A stretch of DNA of 64,000 bases from an uncultured Rhodopirellula sp. (lineage in GTDB: Bacteria > Planctomycetota > Planctomycetia > Pirellulales > Pirellulaceae). The stretch spans positions 1-64,000 of the forward strand of contig CAXGAI010000006.1 in the NCBI GenBank assembly GCA_964007735.1, given 5' to 3'. The notes under the pieces are model-generated. The model worked only from the letters and a program-made list of their open reading frames with translations. It ran no database searches and was not told where the DNA came from. Position numbers and translations under genes: made by a program. This document shows, one piece after another, positions 19,531-28,541 of the stretch (position 1 is its first letter; every line of letters starts with the position of its first letter).

Positions 19531-20094
19531 ATGACCGAAGTAAGATTTCCCAAAAACGAAGTCGATCTGTTACTTCTCAATGCTCAGCTTCGAGATGAGC
19601 TCGAACCTTTCATGGATGAATCCGTGGAACTTGTGGATGCTTCACAAATGTCAACGGAAGAAGAGAATAACTTCCTCCAAGCAATGCTGTGTTGGGAACG
19701 CTCACCTGTTATCCCGATCAGCCAGTGGTTTGAGCCGGAATTACAACTGCCTCATCCAGACACGCTTTCAGATCGAAATCTATCGAACGTTATGTGGGAT
19801 GCTGTAGAACGGCTTGCCGAGCAGCATATTTATCTTCAATGTACGGATCACCTGTCGGACCGACAGCTCTACTGCGTGTTATTCCGTGACATCCTCCCTG
19901 CGACCGAAAAGAAACTAGACCTGCCTCAAAACAATTTGATCTGGAAGCTGGTTGACTTAGATTCTGACACGGAGATCTGGCTCACTTATTACGCTGACGA
20001 TGAAGAGCGATCTCAGTGGGAATTCGAACATGGTCGGATACCTCCGGCACATCTAGCCCCTCCCTTCAATCGCAAACTGCCCGAACCCTTCTAG
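19531..20094 (+). CDS. Hypothetical acidic protein
   Basis: 187-aa ORF with protein-like composition (TDHLSDRQLY, WLTYYA); no family recognised with certainty. Confidence 0.7.
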   Translation: MTEVRFPKNEVDLLLLNAQLRDELEPFMDESVELVDASQMSTEEENNFLQAMLCWERSPVIPISQWFEPELQLPHPDTLSDRNLSNVMWDAVERLAEQHIYLQCTDHLSDRQLYCVLFRDILPATEKKLDLPQNNLIWKLVDLDSDTEIWLTYYADDEERSQWEFEHGRIPPAHLAPPFNRKLPEPF

Positions 20095-20262
20095 GCTAAG
20101 TACTGGCTTCAGTATTCTCAAATAATCTAAACTTGGCTCCCGTTGCCCTATGAATTGAGATGTTCCGCTGGAGTTTCGCCACCATTGTTCGGTAGAATAC
20201 AGAAAGAAGCGATACCAATACATCTCCTCTTCTGGCGGCCCCAGACACGGAAAGAAGAACTT

Positions 20263-21012
20263 ATGCCTATACTACGTATCATCACTGCTGCCCTAACCTT
20301 AGCGTTTCTAAGTGCTGCCTTTTTAATGCCTTCTCTCCAAGCACAACAACAGATCTCAAAGAAGTCTGACAAGATCCCGCAGGGACGAACCGTTTATATG
20401 GGGCGAGAAATTGCTCAGACGATGCATTACACCGGAGCTCCCTGGTTGATCCGCGAGAACCGGGAGAATGAAGAACGATGTTCTCTGATGCTGGCGAACC
20501 TCAAAATCAAAACCGGCATGACCATCTGTGACATGGGTTGCGGCAACGGCTTCTACTCACTTCAACTGGCCAAAATGGTTGGACCTGCCGGGGAAATCCT
20601 GGCAGTCGATGTTCAACCTCAGATGCTTTATCTCCTGCGAACCCGCATGGAAGCAGAGGCCATTGAAAATGTGACTCCAATTCTCGGTTCGTTCCACAAC
20701 CCGCACCTTCCCAAGAATCGTGTCGACTATATCCTTATGGTCGACGTGTATCACGAACTGTCCCACCCGAAAGTCATGCTGAAATACATGAGAGACAGTC
20801 TCAAAGAAGATGGACAGATCGTCTTACTGGAATATCGAGAGGAAGACCCGAAAGTACCAATCAAACCTCTTCACAAAATGAGCAAAAAACAGATCCTGAA
20901 AGAGTATGCTGCAAACGGGTTCAAGCTGACGGGTGAATTCGACAAACTCCCGTGGCAACACATGATGTTCTTTGGAAAAGATCCCGAATGGAATGAAAAG
21001 GATAGCCAATAG
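20263..21012 (+). CDS. Class I SAM-dependent methyltransferase with signal peptide
   Basis: CDMGCGNG motif I, AVDVQ and VDVYHE; start placed at MPILR, which begins a signal peptide. Confidence 0.85.
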   Translation: MPILRIITAALTLAFLSAAFLMPSLQAQQQISKKSDKIPQGRTVYMGREIAQTMHYTGAPWLIRENRENEERCSLMLANLKIKTGMTICDMGCGNGFYSLQLAKMVGPAGEILAVDVQPQMLYLLRTRMEAEAIENVTPILGSFHNPHLPKNRVDYILMVDVYHELSHPKVMLKYMRDSLKEDGQIVLLEYREEDPKVPIKPLHKMSKKQILKEYAANGFKLTGEFDKLPWQHMMFFGKDPEWNEKDSQ

Positions 21013-21021
21013 CTATTTATT

Positions 21022-21945
21022 TTAGATTTCCCACAAGAGGACTAGCGAATACGTAAAATCATTTGGTTTGTTAGCACCGGGCGTACTGTCGTAGCGATCA
21101 AGTGCAGCCAGCTTCAAACTCCACCCGTGCTGATCGTCCAATACGAATCGCCAGGACGCTTCAGCTTCAATACGAAATTCCGTAAAGTTCGACCAATCCG
21201 GAAAGTAATCAACATCAGCTTCCAATTTCTGACGTGAAGTAAGCTGTTTCTCAACGATCAAACCAAACACTGCTTCAGGAATGATCGAATCATCGGGAGC
21301 TCCAATCTCCTGAGAAATACCAGCTCCAAAACGCCAGCTCAATTGTGTCCGTTCCGTATCGACAAACAATTTTTGTATACCGCCGTTCGCGGTCAAACGT
21401 AAGTCGAATGGGCGGAATTCGTCATACTCTAATCCCAATTCAGCAAACCAGCTTAAACGATTCCCATCACGGAGCCATTGATGACCTACATCAAACAAAG
21501 TGTGATGTTTATTTACGACATCGTTGGCCTTCGATCGGACGTAATCTAAGTCTATTCCCAATTCCCCGTACCGGGTATCCCGTGCAAACTCAACGCTGGC
21601 GAAAAGCTGAGAAGTCTTTGTGTTCCCCGTAGTTCCGTTACCACCGAACTCCATTGTCCCGTCCCAAACAGTCTTGTCGACTTTGATGGTCGGAACCCAA
21701 AACCCCAGATTACTACTAACAACATCGACTTCTTCTTCAGGAAACGGTTGTCGATGCACCCCTGGTTTCAGCCGGGCAAGACTAGGCCCAAGATTCCGCA
21801 CTCCCTGCTCCCAATCCGGTGGAAAAACGGCTTCAAGCCCTTGGGGATGCAATAAAATCGGCTCCTGCGCAATCACACCCCATTGGCACCAACTGAGGGT
21901 ACTGAAGCAAATGAAGACCAGGTTAAATTGAGTAAATCGCGACAT
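21022..21945 (-). CDS. DUF481/YdiY-like outer-membrane beta-barrel protein
   Basis: WDGTMEFGGNGTTGNT, alternating beta-strand pattern, terminal aromatic-rich strand, signal peptide. Confidence 0.75.
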   Translation of the reverse strand: MSRFTQFNLVFICFSTLSWCQWGVIAQEPILLHPQGLEAVFPPDWEQGVRNLGPSLARLKPGVHRQPFPEEEVDVVSSNLGFWVPTIKVDKTVWDGTMEFGGNGTTGNTKTSQLFASVEFARDTRYGELGIDLDYVRSKANDVVNKHHTLFDVGHQWLRDGNRLSWFAELGLEYDEFRPFDLRLTANGGIQKLFVDTERTQLSWRFGAGISQEIGAPDDSIIPEAVFGLIVEKQLTSRQKLEADVDYFPDWSNFTEFRIEAEASWRFVLDDQHGWSLKLAALDRYDSTPGANKPNDFTYSLVLLWEI

Positions 21946-22093
21946 CCAATAAGAGCCGTATTACGGACGCAGTTCTAAATTAAAACCAATTGGAACTTGT
22001 ACTAAATAAGCCTGCTTAACTCAAGACACATCAGCCCTTTAAACCTTTGGCACCGAAGGAAGGGAAAACCGAAAGACGGAAGGTAACGGAAAC

Positions 22094-22951
22094 CTACGAG
22101 GTGCGAAGTTGAGTGTAAAGATCCGCGATGCGACGGGTTAACACGCCGGGCGCACCATTACCGATTTGGTTGCCATCGACCTTAATCACAGGAACAATTT
22201 CAGCGGCGCTTCCCGTCAGAAAGACTTCCTCGGCTGAATAAACCTCTTCCAAAGTCATCGTCGATTCAACTACGTCTACACCATCAGCCGCAGCCAGCTC
22301 CATCACAGCACCTCGCGTGATACCTTCAAGCACTCCGGCTTCGACAGGTGGTGTGAGAAGTTTACCATCGTTGACAATAAAGATATTGTCACCCGTACAC
22401 TCTGCAACTTCCCCCTTATAATTCAGCATCAGAGTTTCAACACAACCGGCAGCCAAACCTTCGATCTTCGCCAGGATATTATTGAGATAATTGAGAGATT
22501 TGATTCGTGGGTCCAGTGCTCCTGGATGATTTCTAATTGTTTTTGCTGTCACGATCTCGAGACCGTTTTGATAAAACTCATCCGGATACAACGTAATAAA
22601 GTCGGTGATAATGACAATATTCGGAGTCGGACACTTGTTGGGATCCAGCCCGAGAGTTCCCGCACCGCGAGAAATTACCAAACGGATATAGCCGTCTTCA
22701 ATTTCATTGGCAGCAAGCGTCGCGGTGACAGCATCGGACATCTGGGCTTTGGTCATAGGGATTTCAAGCTGAATCTTTTCCGCAGAATCCCAGAGCCGAT
22801 CAAGATGTTCCTTCATACGAAAGACCGAGCCTGCGTAGCTCCGCATTCCTTCAAAGACACCATCTCCATACAAAAATCCGTGGTCATATACGCTGACCTT
22901 GGCATCTTCTTTGTTATAAAGCGTTCCGTTGATATAAACTTTTAGCGTCAT
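22094..22951 (-). CDS. ilvE: Branched-chain amino acid aminotransferase
   Basis: DHGFLYGDGVFEG, IKSLNY, ECTGDNIF, LEGITR and EVFLTGSAAE motifs. Confidence 0.93.
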   Translation of the reverse strand: MTLKVYINGTLYNKEDAKVSVYDHGFLYGDGVFEGMRSYAGSVFRMKEHLDRLWDSAEKIQLEIPMTKAQMSDAVTATLAANEIEDGYIRLVISRGAGTLGLDPNKCPTPNIVIITDFITLYPDEFYQNGLEIVTAKTIRNHPGALDPRIKSLNYLNNILAKIEGLAAGCVETLMLNYKGEVAECTGDNIFIVNDGKLLTPPVEAGVLEGITRGAVMELAAADGVDVVESTMTLEEVYSAEEVFLTGSAAEIVPVIKVDGNQIGNGAPGVLTRRIADLYTQLRTS

Positions 22952-23061
22952 AGTCTAAACTGCCAACAGTAAAGTCCTGTTACGTCTGATTGCTCACCAC
23001 AGCGATGACAAAAATATTATTTTAGACGGCAGAGTAACTCTTGAGTACCTGTCAGCGATAC

Positions 23062-23856
23062 TTAACTCTGAAACGAAACAGATTCCACTCGGCCCTCAGC
23101 CAAACGCACAGTACGATCCGCCTGAGCAGCGATTGACATGTCGTGCGTTACCATCACTATGGTGACATCATAACTTGAATTAAGATCATGAATAATATCC
23201 ATGATCTCTTCGCCAGCAGAGCGATCCAGATTACCGGTTGGCTCATCAGCCAGAAGCAAGCGAGGATTTGCCATCAGTGAGCGAGCTATGGCCACTCTCT
23301 GCATTTCACCACCGGACATTTCCCGGGGACGGTGTTTGAGACGATGACTAAGCCCCACCAGATCAAGTAGTTCTTTAGCTCGCTTACGAAACTTCCGTCG
23401 TTGCAGCATGTAGGAAACCATGCCGTGATTAATCATCACAGGCATCAGTACATTTTCCAACGCCGACAATTCCGGTAACAAATGGTAAAACTGGAAAATC
23501 ATTCCAATATAACGATTCCTGAGAATATCCCGCGAAGCCGCCGGTAGATTATCAATACGGTTCTCTTCAAAATATATCTCACCGCGATCAGGGCGATCTA
23601 ATGTCGCTAACAAATGAAGAAGCGTGCTTTTACCCGACCCACTAGCGCCGACAATCGCCTGGAACTCACCTTCCACAACTTCAATGTCAACTCCATTAAG
23701 TACCGGAACTTCGACTTTACCTTTACGGTAACTCTTGATTACTCCCGACGCTTTCAGGACTACCGGAGCCTGTAATAGTCGCGGATGTAATGTCTTTGGC
23801 GAAGTCGTCAATGTCGGCTGAGGTTCTAACTGCGTCAATTCAAAGGCACTACTCAT
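23062..23856 (-). CDS. lolD: Lipoprotein-releasing ABC transporter ATPase
   Basis: GASGSGKS, MSGGE, LADEPTGNLD and VTHD; start placed at MSSAF, overlapping the permease stop. Confidence 0.85.
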   Translation of the reverse strand: MSSAFELTQLEPQPTLTTSPKTLHPRLLQAPVVLKASGVIKSYRKGKVEVPVLNGVDIEVVEGEFQAIVGASGSGKSTLLHLLATLDRPDRGEIYFEENRIDNLPAASRDILRNRYIGMIFQFYHLLPELSALENVLMPVMINHGMVSYMLQRRKFRKRAKELLDLVGLSHRLKHRPREMSGGEMQRVAIARSLMANPRLLLADEPTGNLDRSAGEEIMDIIHDLNSSYDVTIVMVTHDMSIAAQADRTVRLAEGRVESVSFQS

Positions 23857-25438
23857 ATCGAAGAGCCTCCACCGGATGAAGTTTAGCTGCTTTGCGTGCT
23901 GGAAGAATACTAGCAATCACCGCGATGCCCACCGCCCCTAATACGACCCAAACGCATGTGAGTGGATTAACAATGACAGGAATCTCATTGAAATAATAAA
24001 CCGTCGGATCAAAAACTTCCTGCCCCGTAATTTGTTCGATCCAACCTGCAATTGTATTAATGTTGTCCACGAAGAGCAGACCTAAAACTAGCCCTACTCC
24101 TGACCCAACCGTACCTAGCGACAAACCGTATCCCAAGAAAATACTCATGACTCCACCACTGGGAGCCCCTAAACTCTTCAAAATTCCAACGTCACGGGTT
24201 TTCTCGACAACAATCATGAAAAACGTTGCCAGAATTCCAAAACCTGCCACAGCAATAATTAAGAATAAAAGAATATTGAGAATCGTGGTCTCTAACTGAA
24301 CGGCTGCCAACAACGGGCCTTGCATATCGCGCCACGTTTGAATCTGGTAGCCAAACTGCTGAATGGGGAATCTAGCCTGCAGTTTCTCTTTGACGGCGTT
24401 GAGATCCGAACCATCTTTCAGCTTCAACTGAATCGTTGAGACGCTTTTTTTACCGGATTGTACATCCACCATTCCTCGCAAGTTCTGAATCTTAGAGAGC
24501 GGCACAAAAGCAAAGGAGGAGTCATATTCACTCATCTCACTTTCATAGAAATCGACGATGGTAAATTGATCGCTGACAGCCTTGGGCGGTTGGCCCGAAT
24601 TAGGAACGGTGATTTTCACATCATCACCTGGAAGTGCAAAGTAGTAATCTGCAACCTCACCGTTCACATCACGGCCTCGAATACTGCAGATAGAAATCCC
24701 TAAGACAATCCCTGTGTGCTGTTCAATCGCTGGATCAAAGGTCAATTGCGGTTCATCGACGGCCTGAAACGGAACACCAGGAATCACCCCATCGGCCAAA
24801 CCGTCAACCGTTTCCCCTCGCCCTTCAACGCCACCGTCATCCACCAGCGGAAACGGGGAAGGGGGTATATCACTGGCAGCAATTTCCAAGCCCTCGATTT
24901 GGGCTTTTACAGCACCTTGCTCCCATTCGGCTGATACTCGTCGGCGAGCCCAACCTGAGACAGGGAACCGTTCACGTTTCCCAAGGCCATAATCGTTTTC
25001 TTTGAGAAGAAAATCAAGCTGTTGACGATTCGCCGGATGCAAAAGGTATTCGGCGAAGTCGGATACTCCGTCATAAGTCTGCGGATCAATTCCAATCAAC
25101 GTAATCGGTTGAGTAATCCATTGCCCCTGGATATTGTTTCGGAAATTAATCATCGCAGGAATTTGTATCGCCGCCGTCATGGCTTCAACATCATCGCCTA
25201 CAATCTGGCGAATCTCGTCCATATGCCACTCGGGGTCAGGCAAACCGTTTAGATCGTGGCTACGGATAACAATATCAGAAAGAATCCCATGAAGGCGTTT
25301 ATGCATTTCATCGCTAAAGCCAGCCATGACACTGTTCACCACGATTAAAGTGGCAACGCCAAGTGTGACACTTACGATCGACGCAAGCGCAATATAGCGA
25401 CTCTTAAGATATCGCCATGAGAGTAAAATTTTATACAT
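23849..25438 (-). CDS. Lipoprotein-releasing ABC transporter permease (LolC/LolE family)
   Basis: LGVATLIVVNSVMAGF, EKTRDVGILKSLGA and PARKAAKLHPVEALRYE; start placed at MYKIL. Confidence 0.88.
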   Translation of the reverse strand: MYKILLSWRYLKSRYIALASIVSVTLGVATLIVVNSVMAGFSDEMHKRLHGILSDIVIRSHDLNGLPDPEWHMDEIRQIVGDDVEAMTAAIQIPAMINFRNNIQGQWITQPITLIGIDPQTYDGVSDFAEYLLHPANRQQLDFLLKENDYGLGKRERFPVSGWARRRVSAEWEQGAVKAQIEGLEIAASDIPPSPFPLVDDGGVEGRGETVDGLADGVIPGVPFQAVDEPQLTFDPAIEQHTGIVLGISICSIRGRDVNGEVADYYFALPGDDVKITVPNSGQPPKAVSDQFTIVDFYESEMSEYDSSFAFVPLSKIQNLRGMVDVQSGKKSVSTIQLKLKDGSDLNAVKEKLQARFPIQQFGYQIQTWRDMQGPLLAAVQLETTILNILLFLIIAVAGFGILATFFMIVVEKTRDVGILKSLGAPSGGVMSIFLGYGLSLGTVGSGVGLVLGLLFVDNINTIAGWIEQITGQEVFDPTVYYFNEIPVIVNPLTCVWVVLGAVGIAVIASILPARKAAKLHPVEALRYE

Positions 25439-25550
25439 TGCCAATCCTTCGGCGTTTGTATTCTTACCAACCGTCATTACTATGGTGAACGCAACCTACT
25501 CAATCGACACGTCACCAAACACACTAAGCTACGGAACAGGCGTTATTCTA

Positions 25551-27149
25551 TTATTCGGGGCGTAATAAAGGAAATAGTATTACGTCTCTAATTGTCTGAG
25601 AATTCGTTAATAGCATGACCAATCTGTCGATACCAATCCCCAGGCCACCGGCCGGCGGCATTCCGTAACGCAGTGCTCTAATAAAATCCGTATCCATTTT
25701 GGCCATAGAATCCTCTTCCGATAGCCCTTGGAGCTGCGTCTTAAAAAGCTGTTCCTGTAAATCTGGATCATTCAATTCCGTGTAGGCATTGGCGATTTCC
25801 ATCCCCCGCACAAACAATTCAAATCGTTCAGCAATTTCCGGATTATCTCGTTTACGCTTCGTCAAAGGACAGATGCTTGCCGGATAGTCAATCACAAAGA
25901 TCGGGCCTTCGAGAGCATCTTCCACTTTCTCTTCAAACACTTCGTTCTTAATGACGTCAGGGTGGCGACCATCGGTATCGATACCAATTCCTTTCGCATA
26001 CTCTACAACCGCTGCAGCATCACTCGGCTCCACTCCGGTATGTTTCTCGAACAGTTCATTGTAGGTTGCTCGTTGGAACGGAGGTGTAAAGTCGATCTCA
26101 TACTCACCAAACGGCAACACATACTGGCCACCAATAGAATCGATAGCGTCTACAATTATTTTCTCGGTAAGATCCATCATAGAACGATAGTCACCAAATG
26201 CCTGATAGACTTCAAGCATCGTAAACTCGGGATTATGTCGGGGACTAATACCTTCGTTTCGGTAAACACGTCCTAATTCATAAACACGCTCTAATCCACC
26301 CACAAGCAGGCGTTTCAGGTGCAGTTCGAGCGCAATTCGCATGTAAAGCTCTAAGTCGAGCGCATTATGGTGAGTCACAAACGGTCGAGCTGCTGCTCCA
26401 CCAGCGATTGAATGCAGCGTAGGCCCTTCAATTTCTGCAAAGCTTTCCTCTGCTAATGACTTGCGTACTGACTGAACAATCTTAGTACGGTTCAAAAAAC
26501 GTTGTTGCACCCCTTCGTTGTATGCCAGATCCACATAACGACGTCGTTGCCGCAGTTCCGGGTCTGTCATTCCCAGATGCTTTGCTGGAGGTGGTTCAAT
26601 TGATTTGGTAAGAAAGTGAAGTTTTTCAGCGAAAATCGTTAGTTCACCAGTATTCGTTACTCCCAAACGACCATCGACGCCAATGATATCTCCCAGGTCA
26701 AATAGTCCTGCCAAATCAAAATCAGCATCTCCAACCTGTTTTTTTCCTACAAACAACTGGATACGTCCGCTCCAATCCTGAATATCAATAAAGCAAAGCT
26801 TTCCTTTATCTCGCTTGAGCATGATGCGGCCTGCTGCTCGCACGGTAGGTCCGATCTCACTACCAGGCCCTTGTTCTCCACGCCATTCACGCATGTTGAC
26901 CCGTTCCTCCGGAGCCACGTCCAACTCCGGGAGATCTACAAGCGTGCCATCTTCCTTTTGAAACTTAATTTCATCAAAACGCGCACGAATTTCGCTCACA
27001 AGCTGTCGATCATCAAACCGACCACCCCATGGGTCGAGTCCAAGTTCCTCGATTTTACGCATCTTTTCTCGGCGACTGGCCACGTGCATTTGCACATCGT
27101 CAGCATTGTCGGTTTCAACTTCGGGATTATCTGCGGGTGTATCGCTCAT
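25551..27149 (-). CDS. lysS: Lysine--tRNA ligase (class II)
   Basis: YMRIALELHLK, YRNEGISPRHNPEF, ERFEL and YGMPPAGGLGIGIDRL; start placed at MSDTP. Confidence 0.97.
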   Translation of the reverse strand: MSDTPADNPEVETDNADDVQMHVASRREKMRKIEELGLDPWGGRFDDRQLVSEIRARFDEIKFQKEDGTLVDLPELDVAPEERVNMREWRGEQGPGSEIGPTVRAAGRIMLKRDKGKLCFIDIQDWSGRIQLFVGKKQVGDADFDLAGLFDLGDIIGVDGRLGVTNTGELTIFAEKLHFLTKSIEPPPAKHLGMTDPELRQRRRYVDLAYNEGVQQRFLNRTKIVQSVRKSLAEESFAEIEGPTLHSIAGGAAARPFVTHHNALDLELYMRIALELHLKRLLVGGLERVYELGRVYRNEGISPRHNPEFTMLEVYQAFGDYRSMMDLTEKIIVDAIDSIGGQYVLPFGEYEIDFTPPFQRATYNELFEKHTGVEPSDAAAVVEYAKGIGIDTDGRHPDVIKNEVFEEKVEDALEGPIFVIDYPASICPLTKRKRDNPEIAERFELFVRGMEIANAYTELNDPDLQEQLFKTQLQGLSEEDSMAKMDTDFIRALRYGMPPAGGLGIGIDRLVMLLTNSQTIRDVILFPLLRPE

Positions 27150-27239
27150 GCGAGTTACCTTAGACCTTTGTTTCAAGCATTTAAGTAGGATTTAAGCTGG
27201 TTATTTTATGGCAATCCCTGCCTTCTGTAATCCCCAAAT

Positions 27240-28442
27240 TCATTCACGACGGTATTTGGCAACCTTTGGTTTTACGCCTGGAATGATACGGGATGCATTT
27301 TCATAGTAGATCTGCCGCAGGATTCTCGGTGGCAAAGCTATTCCGTAGATTCGCCAGAATCCCTGCGGCGGAAATTCTTTTTCCGAATAGGGGAAATACT
27401 CGTCATAGGTTTCCAGGAAACGCCAGTAGTAAGTCAGACGCAATTCCGGCCAAGGACCGTCAGTCCCAAACAAAATCCGATCAGCATATTGCAGGAAGAA
27501 CCGACGAGCCGTGTAAGGCTGACGCCCTAACTCACCGATTCGCGAGGCAAATTCAACATAGAGATTAGGATACTTTTCCAGCCAATCGGCCACCGTGACG
27601 AGATCTTCAGATGAATTGGCCATATGAGCTCCTATAAACTTCGTCCGGGGATGTCGCTCAATCACTCGGTTACGTGCGGCCAACAGCGACTCTCGACTGG
27701 GGTACTCCTCCGGCGGAAAGCTCCACTCGGGGTGACGGAACAACTCCTCCCAACGTTCGTTTGTTTTGTCGATCGGACGAAAGAATGCTATCGGATCGGC
27801 GGTGTGGATAATGACCGGAATTCCTAGTTGACCGCATGCCTTCCAAATCGGATCCCAGCGGGGGTCGTCAATTGCAATCAGCGATCCATCCGGATTCTTG
27901 TAGCTCAATCCAAACTGTTTAAAAAACTTTAAACCGCTAACCCCATGGCCGACGGCGAGTTGCAACTGACGAGCTGTCTTTTCACCAAAACCGGGTTGAT
28001 GGCAAGCCCAGGTCGATGGAACATCCTCCTCACCCTCTCCCTGCCAATCCACATTTGCAAAAACCACAAAACGATCCGGATACTTCTGGCCAACATATTC
28101 AAGATGTGCATCCAATGTATCGCCAAGCTTTCCATCGAGACTGCAACAAACAGCAATATTGTGCTTATCCATTAATCGCACATATTCATCCAATTTTCCC
28201 AAGTCATGTTTTAAACGATGCCTGAAATGCGTGTGCACATCCACGACCGGAAACTGAGCCTCTTCCAGTAGTGTTTGCCGGACTTTCAATGACGGCTTGG
28301 GACGGAAATTACCTAACGCAAGATTACGCCCGCTGCGGCCATCTAAAGGCTCCTGTTGCCCCCAAGACTGTCCTAAAGATAAAACCAGCAATATTAATAC
28401 TGTGAAAAACGATGTAAACAACGAATTTCCGGGACTGACCAT
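27240..28442 (-). CDS. Amidohydrolase 2 family protein, exported
   Basis: DVHTH, IHTADP, GAHMA and ILFGTD metal-binding motifs; N-terminal hydrophobic segment. Confidence 0.85.
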   Translation of the reverse strand: MVSPGNSLFTSFFTVLILLVLSLGQSWGQQEPLDGRSGRNLALGNFRPKPSLKVRQTLLEEAQFPVVDVHTHFRHRLKHDLGKLDEYVRLMDKHNIAVCCSLDGKLGDTLDAHLEYVGQKYPDRFVVFANVDWQGEGEEDVPSTWACHQPGFGEKTARQLQLAVGHGVSGLKFFKQFGLSYKNPDGSLIAIDDPRWDPIWKACGQLGIPVIIHTADPIAFFRPIDKTNERWEELFRHPEWSFPPEEYPSRESLLAARNRVIERHPRTKFIGAHMANSSEDLVTVADWLEKYPNLYVEFASRIGELGRQPYTARRFFLQYADRILFGTDGPWPELRLTYYWRFLETYDEYFPYSEKEFPPQGFWRIYGIALPPRILRQIYYENASRIIPGVKPKVAKYRRE

Positions 28443-28541
28443 GATCGCGGTCTCCTCTAAAACTTCTCACCATTCTCAATACAAAGTAAAATGGAATACT
28501 ACCATTATGCCTGATATCTTCTCGGTCTGTAATTCACCCTG

